A stretch of DNA of 64,000 nt from Halobacteriaceae archaeon (GTDB lineage: Archaea > Halobacteriota > Halobacteria > Halobacteriales > Halobacteriaceae), in contig JBDGTS010000003.1 in assembly GCA_042216675.1 (NCBI GenBank), forward strand, positions 61,477 through 125,476, read 5' to 3'. Shown here in pieces: positions 50,418 through 60,046 of this stretch. Every line of letters begins with the position of its first letter. Position 1 is the stretch's first letter. Both the position numbers and the translations under genes were made by a program. A model generated the notes under the pieces. The model was not told the origin of the DNA, made no database searches, and saw only the letters and a program-made list of their open reading frames with translations.

Positions 50418-50868
50418 CCGACAGTTTTCATTCAGTTCTCCCGTTCCGGGGCCATGATTGGGCGTCGCGCGCCCGTCTGGCGCGGCGACGAACTCGCGGC
50501 CGTGGACGTGGAATTCAACGCCGAGATGCCGTGGGCCACCTCCCTTGCTACGGGGTCTGCCTTCGACCGGGAGCATCGCGACTCACGAGATGGGACACAA
50601 CAGCCTCCGCTTCGTTCCGTCGTATCCCGCACAGACGATGTACGCCGTCAGCGCGCCCGGAGAGACGAAAATCGGACGCTCGAATCCGGCGACGAAGCCG
50701 GCTGGCGACGGGTGGACGGCGATCGAGGGGCGCCAAAATCCGCTTAATTCGCGTGGAATCGGGTTCACGCTAATCCCCCTTTTTGGTCTCTCTCTCCGAA
50801 CGCGAAAATATGAGCCCGCCCCCAGCCCCTGAACCGACCGACGACCAGTCTCCACGCGGTGACCGCCG

Positions 50869-51213
50869 ATGAGCACGTCACGCATCGTCGTCGCGGAGGA
50901 CGACCCCGGCCTCCGGACAGTCTACGAGACGTGGCTCCGTGACCGGGGGGAGTCGGTCGTCGCCGTCCCCGACGGGAACCGGGCCATCGAGGCGGTCTCC
51001 GAGGACACGGCGTTGCTCATCTGCGACCGTGACATGCCCGAACGCTGCGGCGCGGAGGTGGTGGCCGCCGTCGGCGACGCCGACGTCACCACCGTCGTGG
51101 TGAGCGCCAAACCGCCGGACGAGACGCTGTGTGCCGCCGACGTCGAGGAGTACCTCGTCAAGCCCGTCTCCCGCGAGGAGTTCGAGGCCGTCATCGACCG
51201 GCACGTCTGTTAG
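50869..51213 (+). CDS. stand-alone response regulator receiver
   Basis: VAEDD, ICDRDMP, VSA, YLVKP. Confidence 0.88.
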   Translation: MSTSRIVVAEDDPGLRTVYETWLRDRGESVVAVPDGNRAIEAVSEDTALLICDRDMPERCGAEVVAAVGDADVTTVVVSAKPPDETLCAADVEEYLVKPVSREEFEAVIDRHVC

Positions 51214-51643
51214 CAGCAGTCACACCCTCCGCCGCCGTGCATCCCGCTGGTCTGGTTGCCACCGTGCATTCCGCCACAGCGACGGTCATCGCCACGGCGA
51301 CAGTCGCCGTGCATCGGACCCGCCGGCACGTCGGTGCCCGACTCGGCGAGGTGGGGTTTCAGCACGTACTCGCCGTCCCGTTTCACGACGGGCACGTCGA
51401 AGACGAGCCACCGGCCCCGATGGCCGTGTCCGGCGTGGGTGTAGTTGTCGGGGGCTGACGCTCGCTGGAGGCCGACGCGGGTGACTGTGACTGTGGGATT
51501 CCGGACGTCCTCGACCCGGTCGTTCTGGCCGCTGACGTAGACGGAGACAGTCGCTCGCTCCTCGCCGGACGGTGCGTAGCCGGCACAGCCAGCAGCAGGC
51601 AGGCCGCCAGCGCGAGGGGCACGAGTCGCATCACGGCTATCAT
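51210..51643 (-). pseudogene. frameshifted lipoprotein remnant (DUF4382-like)
   Basis: Signal peptide MRLVPLALAACLLL and GCAG...TVSVYVS lie in different frames; break at ~51590. Confidence 0.5.
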
Positions 51644-51975
51644 TTCTCCGCGAGCGTTCGGCAGGCGTCGGCGCAGTCGGGGCGGACCTCGACGCAGGCC
51701 CGACAGGCCTCGTCCTCGTGGTCCTCGCACGCCGCGGCGCAGGCGTCACAGATGGCTGTGAGACGGCCGCTCTCCGTCGAGTCCCGCGACACGAGGCGGA
51801 CGACGAGCGACGCCACGTCGACCACGTCCCGACACCGCCGGACGCAGTCCCGTCGCTCGGGGTCGCCCGCACACTCGTCGGCACACCACTCACAGACGGA
51901 GACGGCGTCCCAACACGCCTCGATGCAGTCCTGCTGGGTCGACGAGAGCGACGGATCTGATCGGCTCGTGGCCGT
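51640..51975 (-). pseudogene. Cys-rich four-helix-bundle copper storage protein (Csp/DUF326-like) lacking a canonical start
   Basis: 14 Cys in CxxxC/CxxC spacing in an open frame; only ACG (51975) at the expected start. Confidence 0.6.
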
Positions 51976-52060
51976 CGGACCGGGGGCCGCAGTGTAAACG
52001 GGACGCCCTAATCACCGTCGAGAGCGAAACGCGCTTGTCGGTCCGCCCGCTACCGACCCC

Positions 52061-52648
52061 ATGGACTTCGCGCCGGACGCGCGGCGGTACGCGCTCCCGC
52101 CGCTCCTGCTGGCGATTCCCGCCACGCTTGCGCTCTTTCCGCTCGGCGTCGCCCTCGCCGCATTTGCCGTCGCGGTGCTGTGGTTCTATCGTGACCCGCA
52201 GCGCTCGCCACCGGCCACGGGCGTCGTCTCGCCCGCCGACGGCCGCGTCTCTGTCGTGCGCGATGAGGGCGAGCGCCTCCGTGTGGGAGTGTTCATGAAC
52301 GTCACTGACGTACACGTCAATCGGGCGCCGCTCTCGGGCACCGTCCGCGAGGTTATCCACGACCCCGGCGCACATCGGCCGGCGTTCTCGAAGGACTCCG
52401 ACCGGAACGAGCGCGTGACGGTGGCCTGTGACGGGTTCGACGTGGTCCTCATCGCCGGCTGGTTCGCCCGCCGCATCTCGCCCTACGTCGACCCCGGCGA
52501 CGAGGTCGAACGGGGCGAGCGCATCGGCCACATCTCCTTTGGCAGTCGCGCCGACGTGCTGTTGCCCACCGACGTGACGCGCGCCGATTTGACCGTCGAG
52601 GAGGGCGATACAGTGCGGGCGGGCGAGACGGTACTCGCCAGACGGTAG
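52061..52648 (+). CDS. psd: archaetidylserine/phosphatidylserine decarboxylase
   Basis: FYRDP.R, SPADG, DVHVNRAP, FGSR autocleavage motif. Confidence 0.9.
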   Translation: MDFAPDARRYALPPLLLAIPATLALFPLGVALAAFAVAVLWFYRDPQRSPPATGVVSPADGRVSVVRDEGERLRVGVFMNVTDVHVNRAPLSGTVREVIHDPGAHRPAFSKDSDRNERVTVACDGFDVVLIAGWFARRISPYVDPGDEVERGERIGHISFGSRADVLLPTDVTRADLTVEEGDTVRAGETVLARR

Positions 52649-52695
52649 CCCCTTCTCCCGAACATATATGTTCGCCCGAACGCAACTTCCCTGTG

Positions 52696-53763
52696 ATGAC
52701 ACAGAAATCCGACACCTCTACGGGTCGGTTCCGGACCGCCCTGACCGTCTTCGTCGTCGCCGCACTCGTCTTCGGTGCGGGCTGTACCGGTGCCCTCACC
52801 GGTGGCGGCGGGTCGGGCGGCGCCGCCCCGGCGACGGATAGCGTCCCCGCGAACGTCGACGCAATCGCGTACGTCGACGTGAGCGGCGCGATGAACGACA
52901 ACACGCTTCGCGACGTGACGAACACGTACCTCTCGCTTCAAGCCGAGCGAAGCTTCGGTGACCCGCCGTCCTCCGTCGAGGAGGCCGTCTCCCAAATCGA
53001 GAACAACACCGAACTCGACGTCGACGGCCTCGACGCCGTGACGATGTTCGCCCGCACCGGCGAGGGACAACTCGGACAGGGGGCCGCCGCCAGCGACTAC
53101 GGCGGCATCATCGTCCAGTCCTCGTGGTCGGAGTCCGAACTGGTCAGCGCCATCGAGAACAGTTCCGGCTCCGACCTGCAGGAGTCCACCTACGCCGGGT
53201 CGACCATCTACCAGTCCGGGAGCGACGACTCCTACCTCGGCGTCCTCGGTGACGGAAGCTTCGTCATCGGCTCCGAGGCGGCCGTCAGAGATGCCCTCGA
53301 CGTGGCCGCAGGCAACGCGGACGCCGTGAGCGGTGACCTCGTCTCCGCGTTCGAGGACACCCGCGACGGCTACGTCCGCTTCGCCGTCACCGTCAAGCAG
53401 GGCCAAGTGCCCACGGAGCAACTCGGGCAGACCGGCGCCATCTCGAACGCGAACATCTTCAACGAGGTGCAGGTCGTCTCCGGCGCGCAGTACGTCTCCG
53501 GCGACCAAATCGGGATGGAACTCACGATGACCGTGCCCGACGAGGACACGGCGCTGAACCTCCGTGACGTGCTTCGTGGCGCCGCCAGTTGGGGCCGTAA
53601 CACGCTCAATCAGAGCGACTCCGGGAGCAAGTTCGCGGGCCTCATCGACCGCGACAGCCTCTCTATCGAGCAGTCGGGCTCCGACGTGACCGTCGTCTCG
53701 GAGAACTCCGCCGAGGAGATCAAGAGCCTCATCCAGACCGCGTACTCGGCTGGCGCGGCGTGA
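52696..53763 (+). CDS. secreted lipoprotein of unknown function
   Basis: Hydrophobic signal with GAGC lipobox and Gly/Ser linker. Confidence 0.8.
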   Translation: MTQKSDTSTGRFRTALTVFVVAALVFGAGCTGALTGGGGSGGAAPATDSVPANVDAIAYVDVSGAMNDNTLRDVTNTYLSLQAERSFGDPPSSVEEAVSQIENNTELDVDGLDAVTMFARTGEGQLGQGAAASDYGGIIVQSSWSESELVSAIENSSGSDLQESTYAGSTIYQSGSDDSYLGVLGDGSFVIGSEAAVRDALDVAAGNADAVSGDLVSAFEDTRDGYVRFAVTVKQGQVPTEQLGQTGAISNANIFNEVQVVSGAQYVSGDQIGMELTMTVPDEDTALNLRDVLRGAASWGRNTLNQSDSGSKFAGLIDRDSLSIEQSGSDVTVVSENSAEEIKSLIQTAYSAGAA

Positions 53764-53782
53764 CCCGCTCACCCGCCGGCCG

Positions 53783-54850
53783 ATGAGACTGCCGTCGCTG
53801 TTGCGGAAGGAACTCGCGTGGGGCCGGCGGAAACTCCTCGTGTTGCTCCTGCTGTTCGTCCTCCTCCCGGGCGCGATGGCCTACGGCACGTTGGCCTACG
53901 AGCACGTCCTGCCACGTGACACGCCCGTCGCGATCGTCGCGCAGGACGAGACCGTCAGCCGCGACGACATCGCCATCACCCGCGGCGCGGTGACGCTCTT
54001 CTCGGACCCCGTCGTCTACGAGTCCAGCGACGCCGCCTTCCACGCCCTCGAACGCGAGCAGGTGTACGCCATCGTCAGCGTCCCGCCCGACGTGGGCGTC
54101 GGCGAGGGGACGACGACGTTCCGCCTCTACGTCGACGGGAGCATCGTGCCCTACCATCAGGCATCCGAGGCCGTGGTGAATGTGATGAGTCAGTATCTCC
54201 GCGAGGGGGTCCCGGCGTCCATCGAGGTGGAACGCACCGTCGTCGGGCAGGAACGGTCGCTCTCGGAGTATCTCGTGCCGACGTTCGAACTGGTGTTGGT
54301 GATGCTCGTCGCCCTCGCCTATCTGCCGTACACGCTGGCGTCCGAACAGGACGTGTTCGCCCGGTTGCGCGTCGAGGCGTCGCTCGAACGGGTGGTCGCG
54401 TGGAAACTCGCCTTCTTCACGGGGTTGATGGCGGTGCCGCTGGCCGTCTTCGCCGGCGTCACCTCGATGTTCGACTACGGCCTGCAGGTGACTGCCGTCG
54501 GTGCCGTCGCGTTCTACCTCCTCACTTTCGTCATCCTTGCGGCGTTCAGCATGGCGGTGACGCTCGCGACTCGCTTCGAGACGTGGGGGCGCCTCTGCAA
54601 CCTCGCGGTCTTCCTCTTCTTGCTCCTGTTCTCTGGGCTGTTCTACCCGGCCGGCTTCTTCTCGGGTCTCCGGGGTGACGTGGTTCGCCTCCTCCCCACG
54701 CACTACGCCGCCGTCGCCGTGCGGGGCTACACGCTCCGAGAGTCGGCCATCGGGACGTACGCCGACTGGCTCGTGGGCTTGCTCGTCGTCGCCGCGGCGA
54801 TGCTCGTCCTGCTGAAACTCTCCATCGTCCGCTACGAGCGTGCGCAATGA
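53783..54850 (+). CDS. ABC-2 type transporter permease
   Basis: N-terminal TM, extracytoplasmic loop, 5 C-terminal TMs, SGLFYP. Confidence 0.85.
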   Translation: MRLPSLLRKELAWGRRKLLVLLLLFVLLPGAMAYGTLAYEHVLPRDTPVAIVAQDETVSRDDIAITRGAVTLFSDPVVYESSDAAFHALEREQVYAIVSVPPDVGVGEGTTTFRLYVDGSIVPYHQASEAVVNVMSQYLREGVPASIEVERTVVGQERSLSEYLVPTFELVLVMLVALAYLPYTLASEQDVFARLRVEASLERVVAWKLAFFTGLMAVPLAVFAGVTSMFDYGLQVTAVGAVAFYLLTFVILAAFSMAVTLATRFETWGRLCNLAVFLFLLLFSGLFYPAGFFSGLRGDVVRLLPTHYAAVAVRGYTLRESAIGTYADWLVGLLVVAAAMLVLLKLSIVRYERAQ

Positions 54851-55518
54851 CCGGCGACGTCGTCGTCACGGACTTCACGAAGCGCTACGGGAGCGTCGTC
54901 GCCGTCGACGACGTGTCGCTGACGCTCTCCTCGGGGTCGGTCCACGTCCTCGCGGGGCCGAACGGCTCCGGGAAGACGACGCTCCTGCGCGCCATCGCCG
55001 ACCTCACCCGGCCGTCGGCGGGCACGGTGTCGACGCCGGACGTGGCGCTTGGCTACGCCTTCCAGCGGCCGAATCTCTACCCCGACCTCACAGTCGCGGG
55101 CAACCTCGACGTGTTCGACCGGATGGTCGACGCGGACCCCCAGTGGCGCGCGTCGCTCGTCTCGCGCCTCCGCCTCGACGCCGTCGCCCACCGGCGGGCG
55201 GGCGACCTCTCTGACGGCTTCGCGAAGAAACTGGACCTCGCGCTCGCACTCCTGAAAGAGCCCTCGGTGCTGTTGCTCGACGAACCCCTCGCGGACATCG
55301 ACGACGCCACCGAGCGCCGCCTGCTGGACCTGCTCGCGGACTACCGGCGCCCGGACCGGACCATCGTGTTGACCTCGCACAACCTCCGCGCAGTCGGGGA
55401 CCTCTGTGACCGGCTGGTGGTGCTGTTCGACGGGTCGGTGGTCCTCGACCAGCGACCGGCGGAGACGGGCACGACGGCGCACGCCGCCTACGCCGCGGTG
55501 CTGGACGAACGGCTCTGA
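54847..55518 (+). CDS. ABC transporter ATP-binding protein
   Basis: GPNGSGKTT, LSDG, LLLDEP, SH. Confidence 0.9.
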   Translation: MTGDVVVTDFTKRYGSVVAVDDVSLTLSSGSVHVLAGPNGSGKTTLLRAIADLTRPSAGTVSTPDVALGYAFQRPNLYPDLTVAGNLDVFDRMVDADPQWRASLVSRLRLDAVAHRRAGDLSDGFAKKLDLALALLKEPSVLLLDEPLADIDDATERRLLDLLADYRRPDRTIVLTSHNLRAVGDLCDRLVVLFDGSVVLDQRPAETGTTAHAAYAAVLDERL

Positions 55519-55559
55519 GGGCAGTAACGAATATACGGGCCGCCGAGAGATATGGCGAT

Positions 55560-55694
55560 ATGGTGGCGACCACGGAGCGCGACGAGATGACGTGGTACAA
55601 GTGCGAGGAGTGCGGCCTGATGTTCGACGACAGGGACGACGCCGAACAGCACGAGCGGAACTGCGACGCGGAGGGTCCCTCGTATCTGCAGTAA
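55560..55694 (+). CDS. 44-aa C2HC zinc-finger microprotein
   Basis: Read by hand: MVATTERDEMTWYKCEECGLMFDDRDDAEQHERNCDAEGPSYLQ; AATATA about 25 nt upstream. Confidence 0.8.
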   Translation: MVATTERDEMTWYKCEECGLMFDDRDDAEQHERNCDAEGPSYLQ

Positions 55695-56114
55695 TCAGAC
55701 GAGTTCGACGGAACGTTCGCCGATCTCGTCCTCCTCGAAGACGAAGACCCGGCCGCGGGCGACCTCCGGGTCGGCCTCGACTTCGACGGCGTAGCCGTCG
55801 GCGCGGACCGTGACACCCGGGAACGGTTCGCGCTCCTCGCCGTCGTCGAGGAGGATGCGGCCGACACCAGTCGATTCGAGGACGTCGTCGTGGCTGTCGA
55901 GGTCGTTGACGTACAGCATCACGCCCTCCGTCTCGGTGGGGTCGGTGATCAGCACCTGCACCTGCTTCCCGGGTTGACACCGGAGCGTCCCCTCCTCGCG
56001 GCGCGGGACGCCGCGGTAGAGGACGCGCCGGCCGTCGAGATACTCGACGTACACGCCCTCCTCCGCGAGTTCGACGCCCACCGTCGCCGGTGCGACTTCG
56101 TTGCGCGCGCTCAT
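55695..56114 (-). CDS. conserved haloarchaeal hypothetical protein (DUF5796-like)
   Basis: VEYLDGR..YRGVP, GRVFVFEEDE; acidic. Confidence 0.75.
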   Translation of the reverse strand: MSARNEVAPATVGVELAEEGVYVEYLDGRRVLYRGVPRREEGTLRCQPGKQVQVLITDPTETEGVMLYVNDLDSHDDVLESTGVGRILLDDGEEREPFPGVTVRADGYAVEVEADPEVARGRVFVFEEDEIGERSVELV

Positions 56115-56197
56115 CACCCGGCGGTAGCGGCCCCGTGCGTGAAAACCCCGCGATTGGGGACCGTCACGCGTAAATACCGGCCGCGGGAGGTAGGCAC

Positions 56198-57052
56198 ATG
56201 GACGGCAGCGCTGTGGCACCCGCTGCAGGCACGGTGCTGAACGCCCTCGCCACCGGCTACGGCTCCGCCTTCGCCATCGACGAGTACGTCCACGCGGACG
56301 TGACCCTCGACGGCGACGACGGCGTCACCGGCCGGGTGAAGAGCGCCCCCGACGCCGACACGCGCCTCATCGAACGGTGCGTCGAACTCGCGGCCGCCGA
56401 GGTGGACGCCGGCCCCGTCGGCGGCACCGTCGAGACGGCCTCGGAGGTGCCGATGGCCTCCGGGCTGAAGAGTTCGAGCGCCGCCGCGAACGCGGCCGTG
56501 CTGGCGACCCTCGACGCACTCGGTGCTGCAGACGACCTGTCGCGGGAAGCCGCGGCCCGCGTCGGCGTCCGTGCGGCCCGCGACGTGGGCGTCACCGTGA
56601 CGGGCGCGTTCGACGACGCGAGCGCGAGCATGCTCGGGGGGCTGACGGTCACCGACAACGAACAGGACGCCCTCCTCACCCGCGACGAGGTGGACTGGGA
56701 CGTGCTGGTGTGGACGCCGCCGACCCAGTCGTTCAGCGCCAACGCCGACGCGGACCGCTGTGCGCGCATCGCGCCCATCGCGGACCTCGTGCGCGAACTC
56801 GCGCTTGCGGGCCGCTACGAGACGGCCATGACCGTGAACGGCTTCGCGTTCTGCGCGGCGCTCGACCACCCCGCCGGACCCGCCGTGGACGCGCTTCCGG
56901 CCGCCGACGGCGTGTCGCTCTCTGGCACCGGGCCGAGTTACGTCGCTGTCGGGGACGCGGACGCACTGGCTGACGTGAACGACATCTGGCAGACCTACGA
57001 GGGAGACACATGGCTGACGACAACACAGACCCAGGGCGCACGGACGAACTAG
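56198..57052 (+). CDS. aroK: archaeal shikimate kinase (GHMP family)
   Basis: TVLNALATG, PMASGLKSSSA, TGAFDD, LSGTGPS. Confidence 0.92.
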   Translation: MDGSAVAPAAGTVLNALATGYGSAFAIDEYVHADVTLDGDDGVTGRVKSAPDADTRLIERCVELAAAEVDAGPVGGTVETASEVPMASGLKSSSAAANAAVLATLDALGAADDLSREAAARVGVRAARDVGVTVTGAFDDASASMLGGLTVTDNEQDALLTRDEVDWDVLVWTPPTQSFSANADADRCARIAPIADLVRELALAGRYETAMTVNGFAFCAALDHPAGPAVDALPAADGVSLSGTGPSYVAVGDADALADVNDIWQTYEGDTWLTTTQTQGARTN

Positions 57053-57315
57053 ACCTCGAGGAACTCCGCGAGGAGATTCGCGGCATCGACCGCGACATCG
57101 TGGAACTCATCGCGCGACGGACCTACGTCGCCGACACCATCGCGGAGGTCAAGGCCGAACGCGGCCTGCCCACGACGGACGAGGAGCAAGAACAGCGCGT
57201 GATGGACCGCGCCGGCGAGAACGCCGAGCAGTTCGACGTGGACGCCAACCTGGTGAAGGCGATTTTCCGCCTGCTCATCGAGTTGAACAAGGTCGAACAG
57301 CGCGAGAATCGCTAG
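57010..57315 (+). CDS. chorismate mutase (AroQ)
   Basis: LEELREEI..IDRDIVELIARR...K. Confidence 0.9.
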   Translation: MADDNTDPGRTDELDLEELREEIRGIDRDIVELIARRTYVADTIAEVKAERGLPTTDEEQEQRVMDRAGENAEQFDVDANLVKAIFRLLIELNKVEQRENR

Positions 57316-57339
57316 GTCGCACCTCTTCTGCCGGTGGTG

Positions 57340-57543
57340 CTATCCGTGCGACCGCTCCGAGACGAGCGTCTCGCCCTCCGCCGCGCGGAGTCGAGGCCCC
57401 GCCCGGTACAGTTCGTACCCCAACAACACGACGCCGAGCGGTGTGAACGGCGGAATCAGCAGTAGCGCGCCGACGACCCGATTCCACCGAGGGACGAACG
57501 CCAACCGCACCTCCAGTTCCTCGATGACGTTTCGGTCGCTCAC
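57340..57543 (-). CDS. small membrane protein
   Basis: GGAGG directly before GTG 57543; hydrophobic hairpin. Confidence 0.55.
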   Translation of the reverse strand: MSDRNVIEELEVRLAFVPRWNRVVGALLLIPPFTPLGVVLLGYELYRAGPRLRAAEGETLVSERSHG

Positions 57544-57610
57544 ACCTCCCGTTCGAGCGCCGACGAAATATAGGTTCCGCAACATTATCGGGCGGGGTCG
57601 CCCACCCGCG

Positions 57611-57916
57611 TCAGCGACCGGACGAGGCGGACCCGCGCTCGGAGAGACGCTCCTCGTACTTCGCGACGGCCACCGCGAGCGCCTCCCCGGCGTCGACGTC
57701 TAGCGACTCCGCGAGTGCGAGCAACGAGAAGAGGACGTCACCGATTTCGTCGGCGTCGACGCGAACCTCGGCCGGGGCCGCGCCGTAGTCGGTCGATTCG
57801 GTGGCGCCCTTCGCGACTTCCCCCACCTCGGACACGAGGTCGAGAAGCCTGTACGCCGGCGGTGCCTCCATGTCGTTCTCCCGCAGGAACGTCGCGACCA
57901 TCTCCTGTTCGTCCAT
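57611..57916 (-). CDS. MazG-like nucleotide pyrophosphohydrolase
   Basis: SEVGEVAK...DEIGDVLF. Confidence 0.85.
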   Translation of the reverse strand: MDEQEMVATFLRENDMEAPPAYRLLDLVSEVGEVAKGATESTDYGAAPAEVRVDADEIGDVLFSLLALAESLDVDAGEALAVAVAKYEERLSERGSASSGR

Positions 57917-58132
57917 GTCGGTCGCTGTGTCGGGCCAGCGGTAAAACTCCCCGTCCGGTTTGTGGCCCAACATTTATTTCCCATGGACCTGACAAGCAAA
58001 CGATGGAGACCTGTCGCTCGGTCTGAGAGCGGTGTCCCACCCACCGGCGCCGGCCCGCGAGCCACGCATCTGGACCCCCGCTCTCCCGGCGGACGCGACG
58101 CTTTCTGACTGTCCGCGGGCGTCTTCGAGTGA

Positions 58133-60046
58133 ATGTCAGACGACACAGACCGAGCGACCGAGCCGTCAGTCGAACAGTTCCGAGAACAGGTCGGCAACCC
58201 GGTGTGGGGGCTCGTCAGCACCTACTGTCGGCCGCATCTCCACTACATCGCGTTCAGCGTCCTCGCGATGCTCCTCGCGCAGGCGTGCTGGCTCTTCCCG
58301 CCGGTGGTGCTCGGCGTCGCTTTCGACGCCGTGTTCCTCGGGAACCAGCCCTACCGCCTCCCGTTCGTACCGGCGGCGTGGGTTCCGGCCACCGAAACCG
58401 GACAGTTGTGGCTCTCGCTGCAGCTGTTCGCGGTCGCGTTCGTCGGCGCGTCCGCGGTGTACGTCCTCGGGAGTTGGGCGCGCACCGTCGCCGCCTACCG
58501 GATTCAACACGCGGTTCGGACGGACGCCTACGCTGCGACACAGGCCCTCGACGTCGGCTTCTTCGAGTCGCACCGCACCGGCGACCTGATGAGCGTTCTG
58601 AACAACGACGTGAACCAACTCGAAGGCTTTCTTACGTCCACGCTCCAGCGGACGGCGAACGCGGCGTTCATGGTCCTCGGCGTCGCCGGCTACATGCTCC
58701 TGTTGAACTGGCAACTCGCCCTCGTCGCCTTCGTGACGCCGCTGTGCACGCTCGCGGTCAACTACTGGTACTCGCGCCGGATCGAACCGCGACACGAGGC
58801 CCGGCGCGAAGAAGTCGGGGGCATCAACAGGCGCATCCAGGACAACCTCGGCGGCGTGCGCCTCATCAAGGTGTACGGGCGCGAGGCCGGCGAGCAAGCG
58901 CGCGTCGCGGCCGCCTCAGACGCGTACAAGGACGTCTCGTGGCGCGTGTCCCGGGCGCGCATCCTGTTTCGCCGGGTCACCGGCTGGCTCCCGAACGCTG
59001 GCTACATGCTCCTGTTTCTCGTCGGCGGTTACTGGGTTCTCCACGGGCCGCCGCCGCCCTTCAGCGGCGACCTCGCGGCCGGCACGGTTCTCACCTTCCT
59101 CCTGTTCAACGGCCGCTTCTCGTGGCCGCTCAAGCAGGTGACCGGCATCGTGGACCAGTATCAGGAGGCGAAAGCCGCGGCCGGCCGCGTGCTGGGACTG
59201 CTCGAACAGCCGTCGCGCGTTCCGGAACGGGAGGATGCCGAGCGTCTCGGCTCCGTGGCCGGGGCCGTCGAGTTCGACGGCGTCTCGTTCACCTACGAGA
59301 GCGCCGCGGACCCGGCTGTCTCCGACGTCTCGCTGGACGTGGCCCCCGGCGAGACCGTCGGCCTCGTCGGCCCGACTGGCGCCGGGAAATCCACGCTGAC
59401 GAATCTCCTCGTGCGCTTCTACGACGCGGACGCGGGGACCATCAGGGTCGATGGGACCGACGTCCGTGCCCTCTCCCTCGACAGCCTCCGGGCCGCCATC
59501 GGCTACGTCGGGCAGGACCCGTACCTGTTCGACGGGACGATTCGGGAGAACATCGCCTACGGCCGACCCGACGCTGCCGACGACGAGGTGGAGGCCGCCG
59601 CGCGTCGGGCCGGCGCGCACGCCTTCGTCAGCGAACTGCCGGCGGGCTACGACACCGACGTCGGAGAGCGGGGCGTGCGGCTCTCGGGCGGCCAGCGCCA
59701 GCGACTCAGCATCGCCCGCGCCGTCCTCGACGACCCCGAAATACTCGTCCTCGACGAGGCGACGAGCCACGTCGACAACGAGACGGAGGCTCGAATCCAG
59801 CGGCGTCTCGACGAACTCGTCGCCGACCGGACGACGTTCGTCGTCGCGCACCGCCTCTCGACGGTTCGGCGCGCCGACCGGATTCTGGTACTCGACGACG
59901 GCGAAATCACGGAGCGCGGCACCCACGACGACCTCCTCGCCGCCGACGGCCTCTACGCGACGCTCTGGCGCGTGCAGGTCGGTGCGGTCGACTCACTCCC
60001 CGACGGCTTCGTGGGGCGCGTGACTGGATCAGAGACGCCTCAGTAG
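58133..60046 (+). CDS. ABC exporter, fused permease/ATPase
   Basis: 6 TMs, GPTGAGKS, LSGGQRQR, DEATS. Confidence 0.93.
   Translation: MSDDTDRATEPSVEQFREQVGNPVWGLVSTYCRPHLHYIAFSVLAMLLAQACWLFPPVVLGVAFDAVFLGNQPYRLPFVPAAWVPATETGQLWLSLQLFAVAFVGASAVYVLGSWARTVAAYRIQHAVRTDAYAATQALDVGFFESHRTGDLMSVLNNDVNQLEGFLTSTLQRTANAAFMVLGVAGYMLLLNWQLALVAFVTPLCTLAVNYWYSRRIEPRHEARREEVGGINRRIQDNLGGVRLIKVYGREAGEQARVAAASDAYKDVSWRVSRARILFRRVTGWLPNAGYMLLFLVGGYWVLHGPPPPFSGDLAAGTVLTFLLFNGRFSWPLKQVTGIVDQYQEAKAAAGRVLGLLEQPSRVPEREDAERLGSVAGAVEFDGVSFTYESAADPAVSDVSLDVAPGETVGLVGPTGAGKSTLTNLLVRFYDADAGTIRVDGTDVRALSLDSLRAAIGYVGQDPYLFDGTIRENIAYGRPDAADDEVEAAARRAGAHAFVSELPAGYDTDVGERGVRLSGGQRQRLSIARAVLDDPEILVLDEATSHVDNETEARIQRRLDELVADRTTFVVAHRLSTVRRADRILVLDDGEITERGTHDDLLAADGLYATLWRVQVGAVDSLPDGFVGRVTGSETPQ

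Noticed and set aside
50420-50868. Short ORFs between xad and the receiver gene
   Set aside because: No recognisable motif or consistent halophile-like composition; possibly decayed sequence.
57010-57052. 43-bp aroK/chorismate mutase overlap as a frameshift fusion
   Set aside because: Both genes have complete domains, and GGGAG precedes ATG 57010; ordinary operon overlap.
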